NCBI GenBank assembly: GCA_963749655.1
Contig: CAVVOB010000012.1
Location: 32,001-96,000 of the forward strand
Reading direction: 5' to 3'
Origin: Nitrospirota bacterium
Lineage (GTDB): Bacteria; Nitrospirota; UBA9217
DNA: 64,000 bases
Made by a program: the position numbers and the translations under genes. This document shows, one piece after another, positions 39,822-51,626 of this stretch. The notes under the pieces are model-generated. The model saw only the letters and a program-made list of their open reading frames with translations, was not told the DNA's origin and did no database searches. Each line of letters opens with the position of its first letter. The stretch's first letter is position 1.

Positions 39822-41571
39822 ATGAAGAACCAGCAGATCGCAAAGATCTTCAACGAGATCGCCGAGCTTCTCGAATTGAAGGGCGAGAACGTGTTCCGCA
39901 TCCGCGCCTATCGCAGGGCTGCCCAGAACATCGACGGCCTCTCGAAAGACGCGGCCGCGCTGACCGATGAAGAGCTTGCGGCAATCCCGGGGATCGGCAA
40001 GGACCTTAGCAGCAAGATCCGCGAGTATCTTGAAAAAGGCATTGTTTCCAAACACGAGGAATTGAAAAAGGAGATCCCCGCCGGCGTTCTCGATCTTCTG
40101 CGGGTGCCGGGACTCGGGCCGAAAAAGGCCAAGCAGTTCTACGACACCCTCGGGATCAAGAGCGTCGATGAGCTGGAAGCAGCAATCACCGCGGGGAGGC
40201 TTGCGGGCCTTCCGGGGATCCAGAAAAAGACCGAGGAGAATATCCTCAAAGGGATCGCGCTGATCAAGCGGGGGACCGACCGCAAACCCCTCGGCCGGGT
40301 TCTCCCGCTGGCCGAAGACATCATGCGGCGAATGAAGGAAAAAGCGCCGATCGACCGGATCGCTGTGGCGGGCAGCATCAGGAGAATGAGGGAGACGGTG
40401 CGGGACATCGATATCCTGACGACGTCGAGGGAGCCCGCTGCGGTCATGGACGCTTTTGTGAAGCTGCCGCTCGTAAGCAGGGTGCTCGCGCAGGGAGAGA
40501 CGAAATCTTCGATCGTCACCGACGACGGGATCCAGGTGGACCTTCGGGTCGTCGAAGAAGGCTCCTTTGGTGCGGCGCTCCAGTATTTTACCGGGAAGCA
40601 AACAGCACAATATCAAGCTCCGGGAAATGGCGGTGCGGGCCGGCCTCAAGGTCAACGAATACGGCGTGTTCAAAGGCCCGGGCGAGAAGAAGATCGGCGG
40701 AAAAACGGAGGAGGAAGTCTACAAGGCGCTCAACCTTCCCTACATACCGCCGGAACTGCGGGAAGACCAGGGCGAGATCGATGCAGCGCAGAGCGGCACG
40801 CTTCCGTTTTTTGTAACGTTAGAAGACATTAAAGGCGACCTGCATGTCCATACGAAGTGGTCAGACGGCAGCCACGATCTCGACGCCGTGGTCGAGGCGG
40901 CAAGAGGCAAGGGTTACCGGTACGTTGCGGTCACGGACCACACGAAGGGCCTGGGCGTGGCGCACGGGCTTGACGAGAAGCGGCTGGCCGAGCAGATCAG
41001 GCTCATCGACGAAGCGAACCGGCGCCTGACGGGATTCAGGCTGCTCAAGGGCACGGAGATCGATATCCGGTCCGACGGCAGGCTCGACCTGCCTGACCGG
41101 ACGCTTGCAGAACTGGACATCGTCGTTGCGTCGATCCACTCCGGGTTCAGGCAGGATCGGGACCAAATCACGAAGCGGATCCTGTCCGCCGTCAGGCATC
41201 CCTCGGTCTGCGTGATCGCCCATCCCACAGGGCGGCTGATCGGAGAGCGCGACGCCTATGACGTGGATATCGAGGCCGTGCTGCGGGAGGCAGGGAAGCT
41301 GGGCGTCGCCATGGAGATCAATTCCTATCCACTCCGGCTCGACCTGAACGACCACCACGTACGGCTGGCGAAGGAGTACGGCGTGCCTCTGGTGATCAGC
41401 ACGGACATGCACGTGAAGACCCAGTTCGACTTCATGAACTACGGGGTGGCGATTGCACGGCGCGGATGGCTGGAGAAGAAGGACGTTTTGAACACGCTGG
41501 AGTATGACGAACTGATGCGGCGGATCAGGACCATGAAGACGAACAAAGCGAAGAACCTGAGAACGGGATGA
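39822..41571 (+). CDS. polX: DNA polymerase X / PHP (one indel near 40595)
   Basis: GIGK and GLGPK HhH motifs, GSIRR, DID, QVDLR, YFTGSK; PHP motifs DLHVHT, TDH, AHPTGR, STDMH. Confidence 0.92.
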
Positions 41572-41637
41572 CGGCCTTCATCACGGGAGCGAAGAGCAGG
41601 CAGCGGGCGACGAACGCTTCCGGCCCGGAGGGCTTTA

Positions 41638-42284
41638 TTATCCCTTCCTGACCTGGCAGGTTCTGAAGGCCTGTTCGACCTCCATTTTGAGATTGTTGAA
41701 GTCCCCCCGGCCTTTTGTCCTGATGACCACCTTGCGATACCCTTCTTTTACCCCCTCGTAGGACGTGAGGATTCCCTGGAGGCGGAAGTTATGCTTCCTG
41801 ATGATGTCGGCAACATCCTTGATCGATCCCGCGCGGTCTTCGATCGTGACGCAGATCCGGTGGCCTCCGTGCCTCACTCCCGTAATGTCCACCAGGGCGC
41901 GGTAAATGTCCCGGTCCGAAATGATGCCGACCAGGTTCGCTGCCGTCGACCACGGGAAGGCAGCCGATGTTTTCATCCAGCAGCGTCATGGCCGCTTCTT
42001 CCACCGGCATATCGGACGGGGTCGGTAATGATCTTGGTTTTCATGATCTCCTTGATCCTGGTTTTGGCGAGGAGATAATGCAGCTCGTAGATGTCGAGGG
42101 ACGTGGCCTTGGAGGGGGTGTATTCCTTGATGTCCCGGTCCGAAACAAGGCCCTTGAGCTTTCCGCTCTTGACGACCGGAAGATGCTTGATGCTCTTTTC
42201 CTTCATCAGCGGCAGGGCATCGGAAAGATAATCATCGGGCTCGACGGTAAAGACCTTCTTCGTCATCCAGTCGGAAACGTACAT
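41638..42284 (-). CDS. CBS + ACT domain protein (AcuB-like), frameshifted
   Basis: MYVSDWMTK, HLPVV, SDRDIKEYTPSKATSLDIYEL, EDRAGSI. Confidence 0.85.
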
Positions 42285-42402
42285 GGGCTGAACCTCCCTG
42301 TGTCGGTTGCTGCAAATCTCAAATCATCTTCATCTTTAACTCAAAACACAAAACTAAAAACTCAAAACGGTATTCACGCTTTCCTGGCCCTTGTGCGGTT
42401 TC

Positions 42403-43114
42403 CTACATTCCCAGGTAAGCCCTTCTTACATGTTCGTTATTCAGCAGTTCGTTGCCCTTGCCCTGCAGCACGATCCTGCCCGTTTCGAGGACGTAGCCGC
42501 GGTCGGCGATCCTGAGCGACTGGAACACGTTCTGTTCAACCAGCAGGATGGTGACTCCCTGCCTGCGGATCTCGGCGATGATCTCGAAGATGGACTTGAC
42601 CAGGAGCGGCGAAAGACCGAGCGACGGCTCGTCGAGCAGCAGCAGCTTCGGCTCGGCCATGAGCCCTCGCGCGATGGCGAGCATCTGCTGCTCGCCGCCG
42701 GACAGGGTGCCGCCCAGCTGTTTTTCCCGCTCCTTGAGGCGCGGGAACAGTGCGAACGACCCGCTCCATGTTCTCGCTCCGCCGGTTGCGCGCGCGTGCC
42801 TGATGAACGATCCCATGCGCAGGTTCTCCATGACCGTCATCTGCGGGAAGATCTTCCTGCCTTCGGGCACCTGGACGATGCCGAGTTCCACCACTTCGTG
42901 GGCTTCGAGCTTCGCCAGGTCCGTGCCGTTGAAGGTGATGCTGCCGGACCCGGGCTTCGAACGAGCCGCGAGATGTTCTTGAGGAGCGTTGATTTGCCGG
43001 CGCCGTTCGCGCCCGACGACCGTTACGATCTCGCCTGTCCTGCACCTCGATGTTCACGTCCCAGAGCACCTTGAGGTCGCCGTAGCTGAAGTGCAGGTTC
43101 TCGATCTTAAGCAT
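42403..43114 (-). CDS. livF: Branched-chain amino acid ABC ATPase (frameshifted)
   Basis: VPEGRKIF, LSGGEQQMLAI, LLDEPSLGL, RRAYLG. Confidence 0.85.
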
Positions 43115-43834
43115 TGCTTTCTCCGAGATAGGCATGAACCACGGCCTGGTTCGAAACGATCTCCTGCGGGACTGCCCTCGGCCAGCTTTTCGCCGGAGTT
43201 CAGGACCACGATCCGGTCGGAGATGCGCATGATCGCCTTCATGTTGTGCTCGATGACCATCTGGGTGATGCCCAGCTTTTTGATGTCGAGGATCAGCCTG
43301 GATGATCTCTTCGCTTTCGGCGGGATTGAGGCCGCCCATGACCTCGTCGAGCAGCAGCAGCTTGGGCCGTGTGGCAAGGACGCGCGCGACCTCGAGCTTC
43401 TTGCGTTCGCCGATGGGCAGGCTGCCGGCCTTGACGTCGGCGCGCTGCTCCAGATGGACGACCTTGAGCTGTTCCCGGGCCGCCGCGCGCGCCTTGCGTG
43501 AGGGAATTGGTCCGGCAGAGGGCGCCGACCATGACGTTGTCCACCACGCTCATCTTGGCCAGCGGCCGCACCTTCTGCCAGGTGCGTGCCATGCCGAGCT
43601 TGCATACGGCGTCCGGATGCAGTCCGTTCATGCGTCTGCCGTCAAACACGACCTCGCCGCGCGACGGCGGATAGTAGCCGGTGATGCAGTTGAACAGGGT
43701 CGTCTTGCCGGCGCCGTTCGGACCGATCAGCCCCAGTGATCGATCCCCGGCTCCACGGTCGAAGGAAACGTCGAGGTTCGCGGCGAGGCCCGCCGAAGAA
43801 TTTGCTGACGCGCTTGTATCTCAAGAATGGCCAT
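43107..43834 (-). CDS. livG: Branched-chain amino acid ABC ATPase (frameshifted)
   Basis: GPNGAGKTT (read across frames), [22 protein letters not shown]. Confidence 0.8.
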
Positions 43835-44914
43835 CAGGCAGCCTCCTTTCTGTTTTTTCGCCGCAAGCTTCCTGATAAATCCCAGCACGCCGTCGGGCAT
43901 GATACAGGATCACGACGACGAGGAGGATGCCGTAGATCAGCACATGGGCATGCGACAGCTGGTCCTTCAGGAAAGAGCCGAGGCGCCGAGTTTTCCCTGA
44001 CCAGCCCGGAGTCGATCAGGGCCTGGGCGATCACATTGCTGCGCAGGGCCTCGGAGAACGGCACCAGCACGACGGCGCCGATCATGCGGTCCGAAGATCG
44101 TGCCGATGCCGCCGATGATGCAGGTCATGACGATCTGGACCGAAAGCCCCAGGTCCAGGACCGTTCCCGGATCGATAAACCCGACATAGAGGCCGTACAG
44201 GCTGCCGGCAAGGGACGTGAAGATCGCCGAGAGGGCAAGGGCCATGTTCTTGTACAGCGTCAGGTTGATGCCCAGCGAGTGCGCCGCGTCCTGGTCCTCC
44301 CTGATGGCCTGGAAATAGTAGCCGAGCTTCGAGTTCTGGACCAGCCAGGTCACGATGATGACGGCGATCGCCATGACGAGTCCGGTGTAGTAAAAGGGGA
44401 CCTTGGACATGAAATCGGTGATGACCGCGCCGCCGATCGTGAGCGGAGGGATCTCGGTGATCAGGATCCCTTCGGCGCCGTTCGTCAGGTCCTTCAGGTT
44501 CAGGGCGCGAGACGCGGAAGATCTCGGCAACGGCGATGGAGGCGAGGACGAAGTAGGGCCCGCGCAGACGGAAGCAGATGGAGCCGATGATCAAGGCCGA
44601 CGGCCACGGCCACGGCGACGCCGGCCCAGATGCCGTACCAGGGCGCAAGGTGCCGGTACTGCAGCAGGATCATGGTGGTGTAGGCGCCAACGCCGAAGTA
44701 GGCCGCATGACCCACGGAGTACTGGCCCGTGTAGCCGCCCAGGATGTTCCAGGCCGACCCCGTGATGACGCTGATGAAGATCAGGATCATGATATGAAGC
44801 GCATAGGTGCTCGTCACGAATTTCGGGAGCAGGAAGAGCAGCGCGAATCGCGACGATGCCGAGGACGACCGGAAGAGTGCTGATGCCGCTATTATTGTTC
44901 GTCAATCGTTTCAT
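43834..44914 (-). CDS. livM: Branched-chain amino acid ABC permease (frameshifted)
   Basis: [41 protein letters not shown]. Confidence 0.85.
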
Positions 44915-45063
44915 ATTCCTTGATCTAGTAAACAGCGATTCTTGAACCGCGAAGGCGCAAAGGTCGCAAAGTAAATCTATTCATTAAAGTCCGTGTTTAA
45001 GTTTTCCTCGCGTTCGCGGTTACGCGTTTTGTGTCGCATCGACGCCTGCAATCCTGCCCACAG

Positions 45064-45933
45064 TCAATCCCTGGACGTGCCCAGCAGGCCCGAAGGCTTG
45101 AACAAAAGCACCAGCAGGAACAGGACGAACACAATGACGTCCTTCCAGCCGGACCCGAGATAGACGCCGCCCACGGACTCGGCAATGCCGATGAGCACGC
45201 CGCCCAGGGTCGCGCCGACGATGCTGCCCATGCCGCCGAGCACGGTGATGACGAAGGCCTTGAGCGTGAAGACGCTGCCGACCTGCGGAAAGATGTAGTA
45301 CGTGGGCGAAATGAGCGCGCCGGCGGTGGCGGCCAGGGCTGTTCCGATGCCGAAGGCGATGATCGACATGCGCTTGACATTGATCCCCATGAGCTGGGCG
45401 GCCTCGCGGTCCTGGGCCGTCGCTCGGATGGCCTGGCCCGTGTCGGTCCGGTACAGAAACCAGTACAGCGCGGCGGTTATGGCCGACGGTGATGATGAAC
45501 GAGATAGACCAGCGGTTCGGAGATCGAGATTCCCAGGACCGACACGCTGCTGGACGAATAGGTCGTGGAGAGGATCTTGTAGTCCGACGTGAAGGCAAGC
45601 ATGATCGAGTTGCTCATGACCAGGCCCATGCCGATGGTCAGCAGGATCTGGTTCTGCGGCAGGGCGTTGAGCGCGCGGTTGATGAAGACCTTCTGGAGAA
45701 ATGCGCCGTACAGGAACATGACCGGAATGGTGATCACGATCGAAACAAAAGGATCGATGTGCAGCACAGCGAACAGAAAGTAGGTAAGCGTACATGCCGA
45801 GCATCAGCAGGTCGCCGTGGGCGAAATTGATGATCCGCATGACCCCGAAGATGATGGTCAGGCCGATGCCGATCAGCGCGTAGACGCCGCCGATCAGGAT
45901 GCCGCTGATGAGTGATTGAAAGAAGACCGTCAT
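45064..45933 (-). CDS. livH: Branched-chain amino acid ABC permease (internal compensating frameshifts)
   Basis: GGVYALIGIGLTIIFG, INFAHG, GQAIRA, VLGGMGS, KPSGLLG. Confidence 0.88.
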   Translation of the reverse strand: MTVFFQSLISGILIGGVYALIGIGLTIIFGVMRIINFAHGDLLMLGMYAYLLSVRCAAHRSFCFDRDHHSGHVPVRRISPEGLHQPRAQRPAAEPDPADHRHGPGHEQLDHACLHVGLQDPLHDLFVQQRVGPGNLDLRTAGLSRSSSPSAITAALYWFLYRTDTGQAIRATAQDREAAQLMGINVKRMSIIAFGIGTALAATAGALISPTYYIFPQVGSVFTLKAFVITVLGGMGSIVGATLGGVLIGIAESVGGVYLGSGWKDVIVFVLFLLVLLFKPSGLLGTSRD

Positions 45934-46075
45934 AGTTATCTTTTGCCGGACGCGTCAAAAGCAAAAGCGTCTCGCGCAGAGGCGTAAAGAGAGACACAAA
46001 AAAATCAAAGTTTGAAGTTTATCTTCGAACCAGGAACTCAGGTTCTCTTTGCATTTGGCGCGAAAACAAGGTTTT

Positions 46076-46110
46076 AAAAAAAAGGAGCGGGCCTCGGGTA
46101 CGCTCCTCCG
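46076..46110 (-). terminator. Terminator-like hairpin after livK
   Basis: Minus strand GGAGCG...CGCTCC followed by a T run. Confidence 0.6.
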
Positions 46111-46116
46111 GAGCGC

Positions 46117-47274
46117 TTACTTCTTCCAGCCCGGGAAGGGCCAGATGGGCTTCTTGGCCGCATCCTCAAGCGGCCACACGGTTTCATGCTGTCCGTTCTG
46201 CACCTGTTCGACCAGCATCACGGCTTTGCGCTGGTTCTGGTAGCCTTCGTAGTCCTGGAAACGGACCTCGCCGAGGATGCCGTTCCACTTCCCGGTGCGG
46301 AGCGCCTCTCGCGTTTTTTCACGGTCCCCGCCCCCAGCCGCTGCCGCCTGTCCCATGATCATCATCGATTCATAGGCGCAGGCCGCATGGTACGTAGGCG
46401 GTTTGCCGAATTGCTTCTCATAGCGCTGGAACCATGCCTTGGAGCCGGCCCAGGGCGCGTCTTCCGTCCATTGCGTGGAGGAAAAGACCGCCTCGCTGAT
46501 GTCCTTTTCCTTGGCAAATTGCACCACGGAGAAACCGGCGCCCGCACCCAGGAATGCCATGGGAGTGAGCCCGATTTCACGCGACTGCCGCATCAGGAGG
46601 ATGGCATCGGCAACATAGGAAACCATGAACACGATGTCGGGATTCGTGGCCTTTACCTTGGCGAGTGTTGAACGGTAGTCAGGCGAGCCCTTTGGAGTAG
46701 GCTTCTTCGAACACGACTTTGATGCCCTTTTTTTCAGCGATGGTCTTGGCGCTCTTGGCCGCCGACACGCCGAAGTCGGTGTTCTCGTTCAGAATGGCGA
46801 TGGTCTTGGGTTTTCCGAGGGTGGTTGCGAGATCGAGCAAAACGCCCGCATAATCTCCCGTGGTGCCCGAGACCCGGTAGGTCCATTTTAGCCCTGCTGG
46901 GTGATCTCCTCTTTGGAGGCGGCGGGAATGACCAGCGGGACCTTGTAGCGCTCTGCCACCTTGGCGTCGGCATTCGCCGTGGCGGAAGTGTAGGGGCCGA
47001 CGATGCCGACGACGTTGTCGCGCGTTGCAAGCTTCTCGAATGCGGCGAGCGATTTGTCAGGTTTGCCGGTGTCGTCCTCCTTGACCAGGTCGACGTCGAT
47101 CCCTTTTTTCTTCAGATCTTCGATGGCGAGGGTGACGCCGTTCGTCAGGTTTTCTCCGATGGGCGCTTCCGGCCCGGTGATGGAGTTGATGAAGCCGAGC
47201 TTGAGGGTTGCAGCCCGTGCTCCCCCGGGAAAGATGAACGTCACTGCCAGTAGTACCAATAGCAATCGTTTCAT
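46117..47274 (-). CDS. livK: Branched-chain amino acid ABC substrate-binding protein (frameshifted)
   Basis: Signal peptide, LKLGFINSITG, EDD, GPYTS; the C-terminal fragment is ORF 46117-46632. Confidence 0.8.
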
Positions 47275-47399
47275 GATGCCCTCCTTGAAAGAATTTGCAT
47301 GCAGAAAGAATTTACATGCAAATTTACGGTTCTAACTATATTCTAGCATGATCGAAACCGTCCTTTTTCCCGCCGCAGGGAAGCATGTAAGGACGAAAG

Positions 47400-47960
47400 T
47401 CAAACGCCTTTCAACCGCCGCGCCCAGGCCACGAGGCTTTCGATCAGCTCCCTGATCTTCTTTCTCGTAAGCTCATCCGTAAGTCGTCCGTTCTCGTCGA
47501 GCTTCTCTTTTACGAGCGGGACCATGACCTCGGGTTTGTTGAGGACGTGCATGTTCAGAAATACGCACGACTGACGCAGGTGATACTGGGCCCGGGCCGT
47601 GCCGATCATTCCGTTGGCAGCGCCCATGATGGCCAGGGGCTTGTCGTCGAAACAGTTGTCGCCGAAGGGCCTTGAGCCCCAGTCAATGGCGTTCTTGAGC
47701 ACGCCGGGAACCGAGTAGTTGTACTCCGGCGTCGCTATCAGGATTGCATCAGCCGCCCTGACCTTTGCCTTGAACTCTTTGATGATGGCAGGGGGCTGCT
47801 GCTCCAGATCCTGGTTAAAGGGCGGGATGCCTTCAAGATCGAAGATCTCCAGCTCCGCGCCCGGAGGCAGCAGCTCTGCTGCGGCACGGAGGATGGATTT
47901 ATTGTACGACCCTTTTCTCAGGCTTCCGGCAAAACCGAAGACATGGAATGAGCTGGCCAT
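47400..47960 (-). CDS. NADPH-dependent FMN reductase (ChrR-like)
   Basis: GSLRKGSYN, TPEYNYSVPGVLKNAIDW, GTARAQYHLRQ. Confidence 0.93.
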   Translation of the reverse strand: MASSFHVFGFAGSLRKGSYNKSILRAAAELLPPGAELEIFDLEGIPPFNQDLEQQPPAIIKEFKAKVRAADAILIATPEYNYSVPGVLKNAIDWGSRPFGDNCFDDKPLAIMGAANGMIGTARAQYHLRQSCVFLNMHVLNKPEVMVPLVKEKLDENGRLTDELTRKKIRELIESLVAWARRLKGV

Positions 47961-47975
47961 GGGATTGCCCTTTCA

Positions 47976-48716
47976 TTACGGCAGTCGTGACCTGATGAAC
48001 TCGCGGTTCAGCTTCGCGATGAATTTTACCTTGATCCCCTTGGGGCAGACGGATTCGCATTCATAATGGTTGCTGCAGTTGCCGAACCCCTGGGCGAGCA
48101 TTTTCTCGGTCATGACGCAGACCCTGCGCGCCGCTTCGACCCGTCCCTGGGGCAGCATTGCGAGATGTGATACCTTTGCAGCGGTAAACAGCATGGCAGA
48201 GCCGTTGGGACAGGCGGCGACACAGGCCCCGCAGCCGATGCATTCGGCGGCATCCATCGCCGTATCAGCGTCATGCTTCGGGACCAGGATCGTGTTTCCG
48301 TCCGGCACGCCGCCCGTGTGGACGGAAATATAGCCGCCAGACTGAATGATCTTGTCAAATGCGCCCCGGTCCACGATCAGGTCTTTGATCACGGGGAAGG
48401 CTTTTGCGCGGAAAGGCTCGATATAGATCGTGTCGTTGTCCTTGAAGTGGCGCATGTGGAGCTGGCAGACCGTGGTTTTTCGGCGCGGTCCGTGAGGCAC
48501 GCCGTTGATCACCTGAGAACAGGCGCCGCAGATGCCCTCGCGGCAGTCATGGTCAAAGGCGATGGGCTCCTGCCCCTTTTTGACCAGGTCTTCGTTCACG
48601 GTGTCGAGCATTTCGAGGAAGGACATGTCGGTCGAGATGTCCTTTGCTTCGTAGCGCTCGAGCCGGCCTTTGTCCTGCGGCCCCTTCTGGCGCCAGATGT
48701 AGAGAGTCAGATTCAT
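47976..48716 (-). CDS. sdhB: Succinate dehydrogenase/fumarate reductase Fe-S subunit
   Basis: [36 protein letters not shown]. Confidence 0.95.
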   Translation of the reverse strand: MNLTLYIWRQKGPQDKGRLERYEAKDISTDMSFLEMLDTVNEDLVKKGQEPIAFDHDCREGICGACSQVINGVPHGPRRKTTVCQLHMRHFKDNDTIYIEPFRAKAFPVIKDLIVDRGAFDKIIQSGGYISVHTGGVPDGNTILVPKHDADTAMDAAECIGCGACVAACPNGSAMLFTAAKVSHLAMLPQGRVEAARRVCVMTEKMLAQGFGNCSNHYECESVCPKGIKVKFIAKLNREFIRSRLP

Positions 48717-48816
48717 AGAAAACCTCATGGAAACCGGGAGGCGGGAGAGCGAAAGGCGGAAGGGGATTAAGCTCTTTCTCCTTACTCCTTACGCCTGACT
48801 CCTCACGGGTTCATCG

Positions 48817-50731
48817 TTACTTATAACTTCTCGTCGCCAGGTGCGCGTACTCGAATACGAGCGGTTCCTTGTGGAGCTCCGGTTCCTTGCCCTCTCCCTG
48901 GTATCCCCAGGCTGAGACGTAGCTGTAGTTCTCGTCGTCTCGCAGGGCCTCGCCTTCAGGGGTGGAGTACTCGACGCGGAAGTGCGCGCCGCAGGATTCA
49001 TTCCGTGACAGGGCGTCCCTGGTCAGGAGCTCGGCGAAGTCGAGAAAGTCCGCAAGTCTTCCGGCTTTTTCTAGCTCCTGGTTCAGCTCCCCGCCGGTGC
49101 CGGTGACCATGACATTGTTCCAGAATTCCTCGCGAAGCTCCGGTATGCGTTTGAGCGCTTCCTTGAGGCTCGCCTCGCTCCTGGTCATGCCCACGTTGTC
49201 CCACATGAGCCTGCCCAGGTCCCGGTGGAACTCGTGCACCGTTTTTTTCCCTTTGAGCGAAAGCAGTCTCCGGGTAAACGTTTCGACTTCGGTCCGTGAT
49301 TGCCGGAATTCGCTGCGGTCGGTCGATACGGACCCGGGCTTCGTATCTGCAAGATAGTTCGCAATGGTGTAGGGAAGAATGAAGTAGCCGTCTGCAAGGC
49401 CCTGCATGAGCGCGCTCGCGCCGAGGCGGTTCGCGCCGTGGTCCGAAAAGTTCGCCTCGCCGAGCACAAAGAGTCCCCGGAGGTTGCTTTCCAGATTGTA
49501 ATCCACCCAGAGTCCGCCCATGGTGTAGTGCGGGGCCGGGTACATGCGCATGGGCTGCTGGTAGGCGTTCTCCGCCGTGATGCGTTCGTACATCTCGAAG
49601 AGGTTCCCGTAGCGCTCGCGGATCACGTTTTCGCCCAGCCGTTTGATGGCGCCGTTGAAGTCGAGGTAGACGCCCCTGCCGCCAGGACCGACGCCGCGGC
49701 CTTCGTCGCAGACTTCCTTGGCAGCGCGCGAGGTGACGTCGCGGGCCGCGAGGTTGCCGTAGGCAGGAAATTTGCGTTCCAGAAAATAGTCGCGTTCCTG
49801 CTCGGGAATGTCCTGGGGCAGCCTCGCGTCGCCCTTGTCTTCGGCACCCAGACCCTGCCGTCGTTCCGGAGCGACTCGGACATGAGCGTGAGCTTGGCCT
49901 GGTGCTCGCCGGTGACGGGAATGCAGGTGGGATGGATCTGGGTGAAGCAGGGGTTCGCGAAACAGGCGCCCTTCTTATAGGCCCGGAAGGTCGCGTTCAC
50001 ACTCGACCCCAGCGAGTTCGTCGTCAGGAAAAAGACATTGGCGTACCCGCCGGAGGCAGAGGCAGACCGCGTCGGCGGCAAAGGATTCGATCCTGCCGGT
50101 CACGAGGTCGCGCACGGTGATGCCTTTTGCATCGCCGTCTACGACCACGAGGTCGAGCATCTCCGTGCGGGGATGGAGCGTCACGGTGCCTGCACTTGAT
50201 CTGGCGCGAGAGCGCGCCGTACGCGCCGAGCAGGAGCTGCTGGCCTGTCTGGCCGCGGGCGTAGAAGGTGCGCGAGACCTGGGCGCCGCCAAAGGAGCGG
50301 GTCGCGAGGTAGCCTGCGTAGTCGCGGGCAAAAGGCACTCCCTGGGCCACGGCCTGGTCGATGATGTTGGCGGAGAGCTGGGCGAGGCGGTAGACGTTCG
50401 CTTCGCGCGACCGGAAGTCGCCGCCTTTGATGGTGTCGTAGAAGAGCCGCTCGATGCTGTCGCCGTCGTTGGGATAGTTCTTGGCGGCGTTGATGCCGCC
50501 CTGGGCAGCGATGCTGTGGGCGCGGCGCGGAGAGTCCTGGAAGCAGAAGACATCCACGTTGTAGCCCAGCTCGCCGAGCGAAGCGGCCGCCGACGCGCCG
50601 GCCAGGCCCGTGCCGACCACGATGATGCGGTACTTCCGCTTGTTCGCCGGGTTGACCAGCTTCATCTCGGCCAGACGTTTGTCCCACTTCTCATGAAGGG
50701 GGCCTGATGGTATTTTGCCGTCGAGGATCAT
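48817..50731 (-). CDS. sdhA: Succinate dehydrogenase/fumarate reductase flavoprotein (frameshifted)
   Basis: [44 protein letters not shown] spread over several frames. Confidence 0.93.
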
Positions 50732-50850
50732 AATGTTCACCTGAAGCTATAAGCCTTGAACCGCGAGGGCGCGAAGGACGCGAAGAAGGCTAAAAATGTT
50801 TTTACGGTTTCCTCGCGCTCTTTGCGCCTTAGCGGTAATAGGTTCGGCCT

Positions 50851-51522
50851 TTATTGATGCAATAGTCCAACCAAGATCGTAACGGGAATCGCCACATACC
50901 ACAGGAACAGAATGAACGAAGCAATGGTGCCTGTCTTTTCGACGACCGGGAGAGATTGTTCGTTGTTGAGCCCCCAGGTCTGGAACGAACTCTGGACGCC
51001 GTGGAGCAGGTGCAGTCCCAGGGCTGCCAGGGAAATCACATAGACGCCGGAAATACCGATATTCCGAAAGCTCTGAACCACCATCGTGAAGATGTCGGGT
51101 CTGCCCAGCGAGTCCGGGTGGGTGTCCGCGGCGATACCCGGATTGGTCACCTGGAAGGTGAACTGGAGAAGGTGATATATAAGGAAGGCCGCGATAATAA
51201 CGCCGGTCCAGATCTGATACCTGCCGGAGAAGGTGGCGCGGTCGATAGTGAACGTACCGCGTAGTGCCGGCGGCTTTGCCGAATAATTCTCCAGTTTCAG
51301 CACGGAACCATACCATATATGAAGGGCGAAGGCGGCGAGCAGGACGAGCCTCCCGCCCCAGACAAACACCGGCAGGGTGTACAGCGCAACGACATAGGCG
51401 TTGAGCTTGTGGAAGAAGATAGAGGAGTTTCCGGCAATGTGGAAAACGATGAAGATCACGAGGATCTGGCCTGTCAGAGCCATCATGATCTTTCTGCCGA
51501 TTGTGGAGGTGGGTAGGAACAT
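50851..51522 (-). CDS. sdhC: Succinate dehydrogenase cytochrome b subunit
   Basis: IGRKIMMALTG, heme His residues (FHIAGN, LHI, YHLL, LHLLHG); operon context. Confidence 0.9.
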   Translation of the reverse strand: MFLPTSTIGRKIMMALTGQILVIFIVFHIAGNSSIFFHKLNAYVVALYTLPVFVWGGRLVLLAAFALHIWYGSVLKLENYSAKPPALRGTFTIDRATFSGRYQIWTGVIIAAFLIYHLLQFTFQVTNPGIAADTHPDSLGRPDIFTMVVQSFRNIGISGVYVISLAALGLHLLHGVQSSFQTWGLNNEQSLPVVEKTGTIASFILFLWYVAIPVTILVGLLHQ

Positions 51523-51626
51523 GGTTAGCCTTTTAGTCTCAAGTCTCGAGTCTCAAGTTTCGGGTCGTAGGTCTTGCTTCAATGTTTTTAACTTGAGACC
51601 CGAGGCTTGAAACGTAAAACTGGTCC

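Noticed and set aside
40585-40600. Programmed frameshift in polX (and in malic enzyme near 54160)
   Set aside because: No slippery heptamer; one extra G within conserved coding sequence fits a sequencing error.
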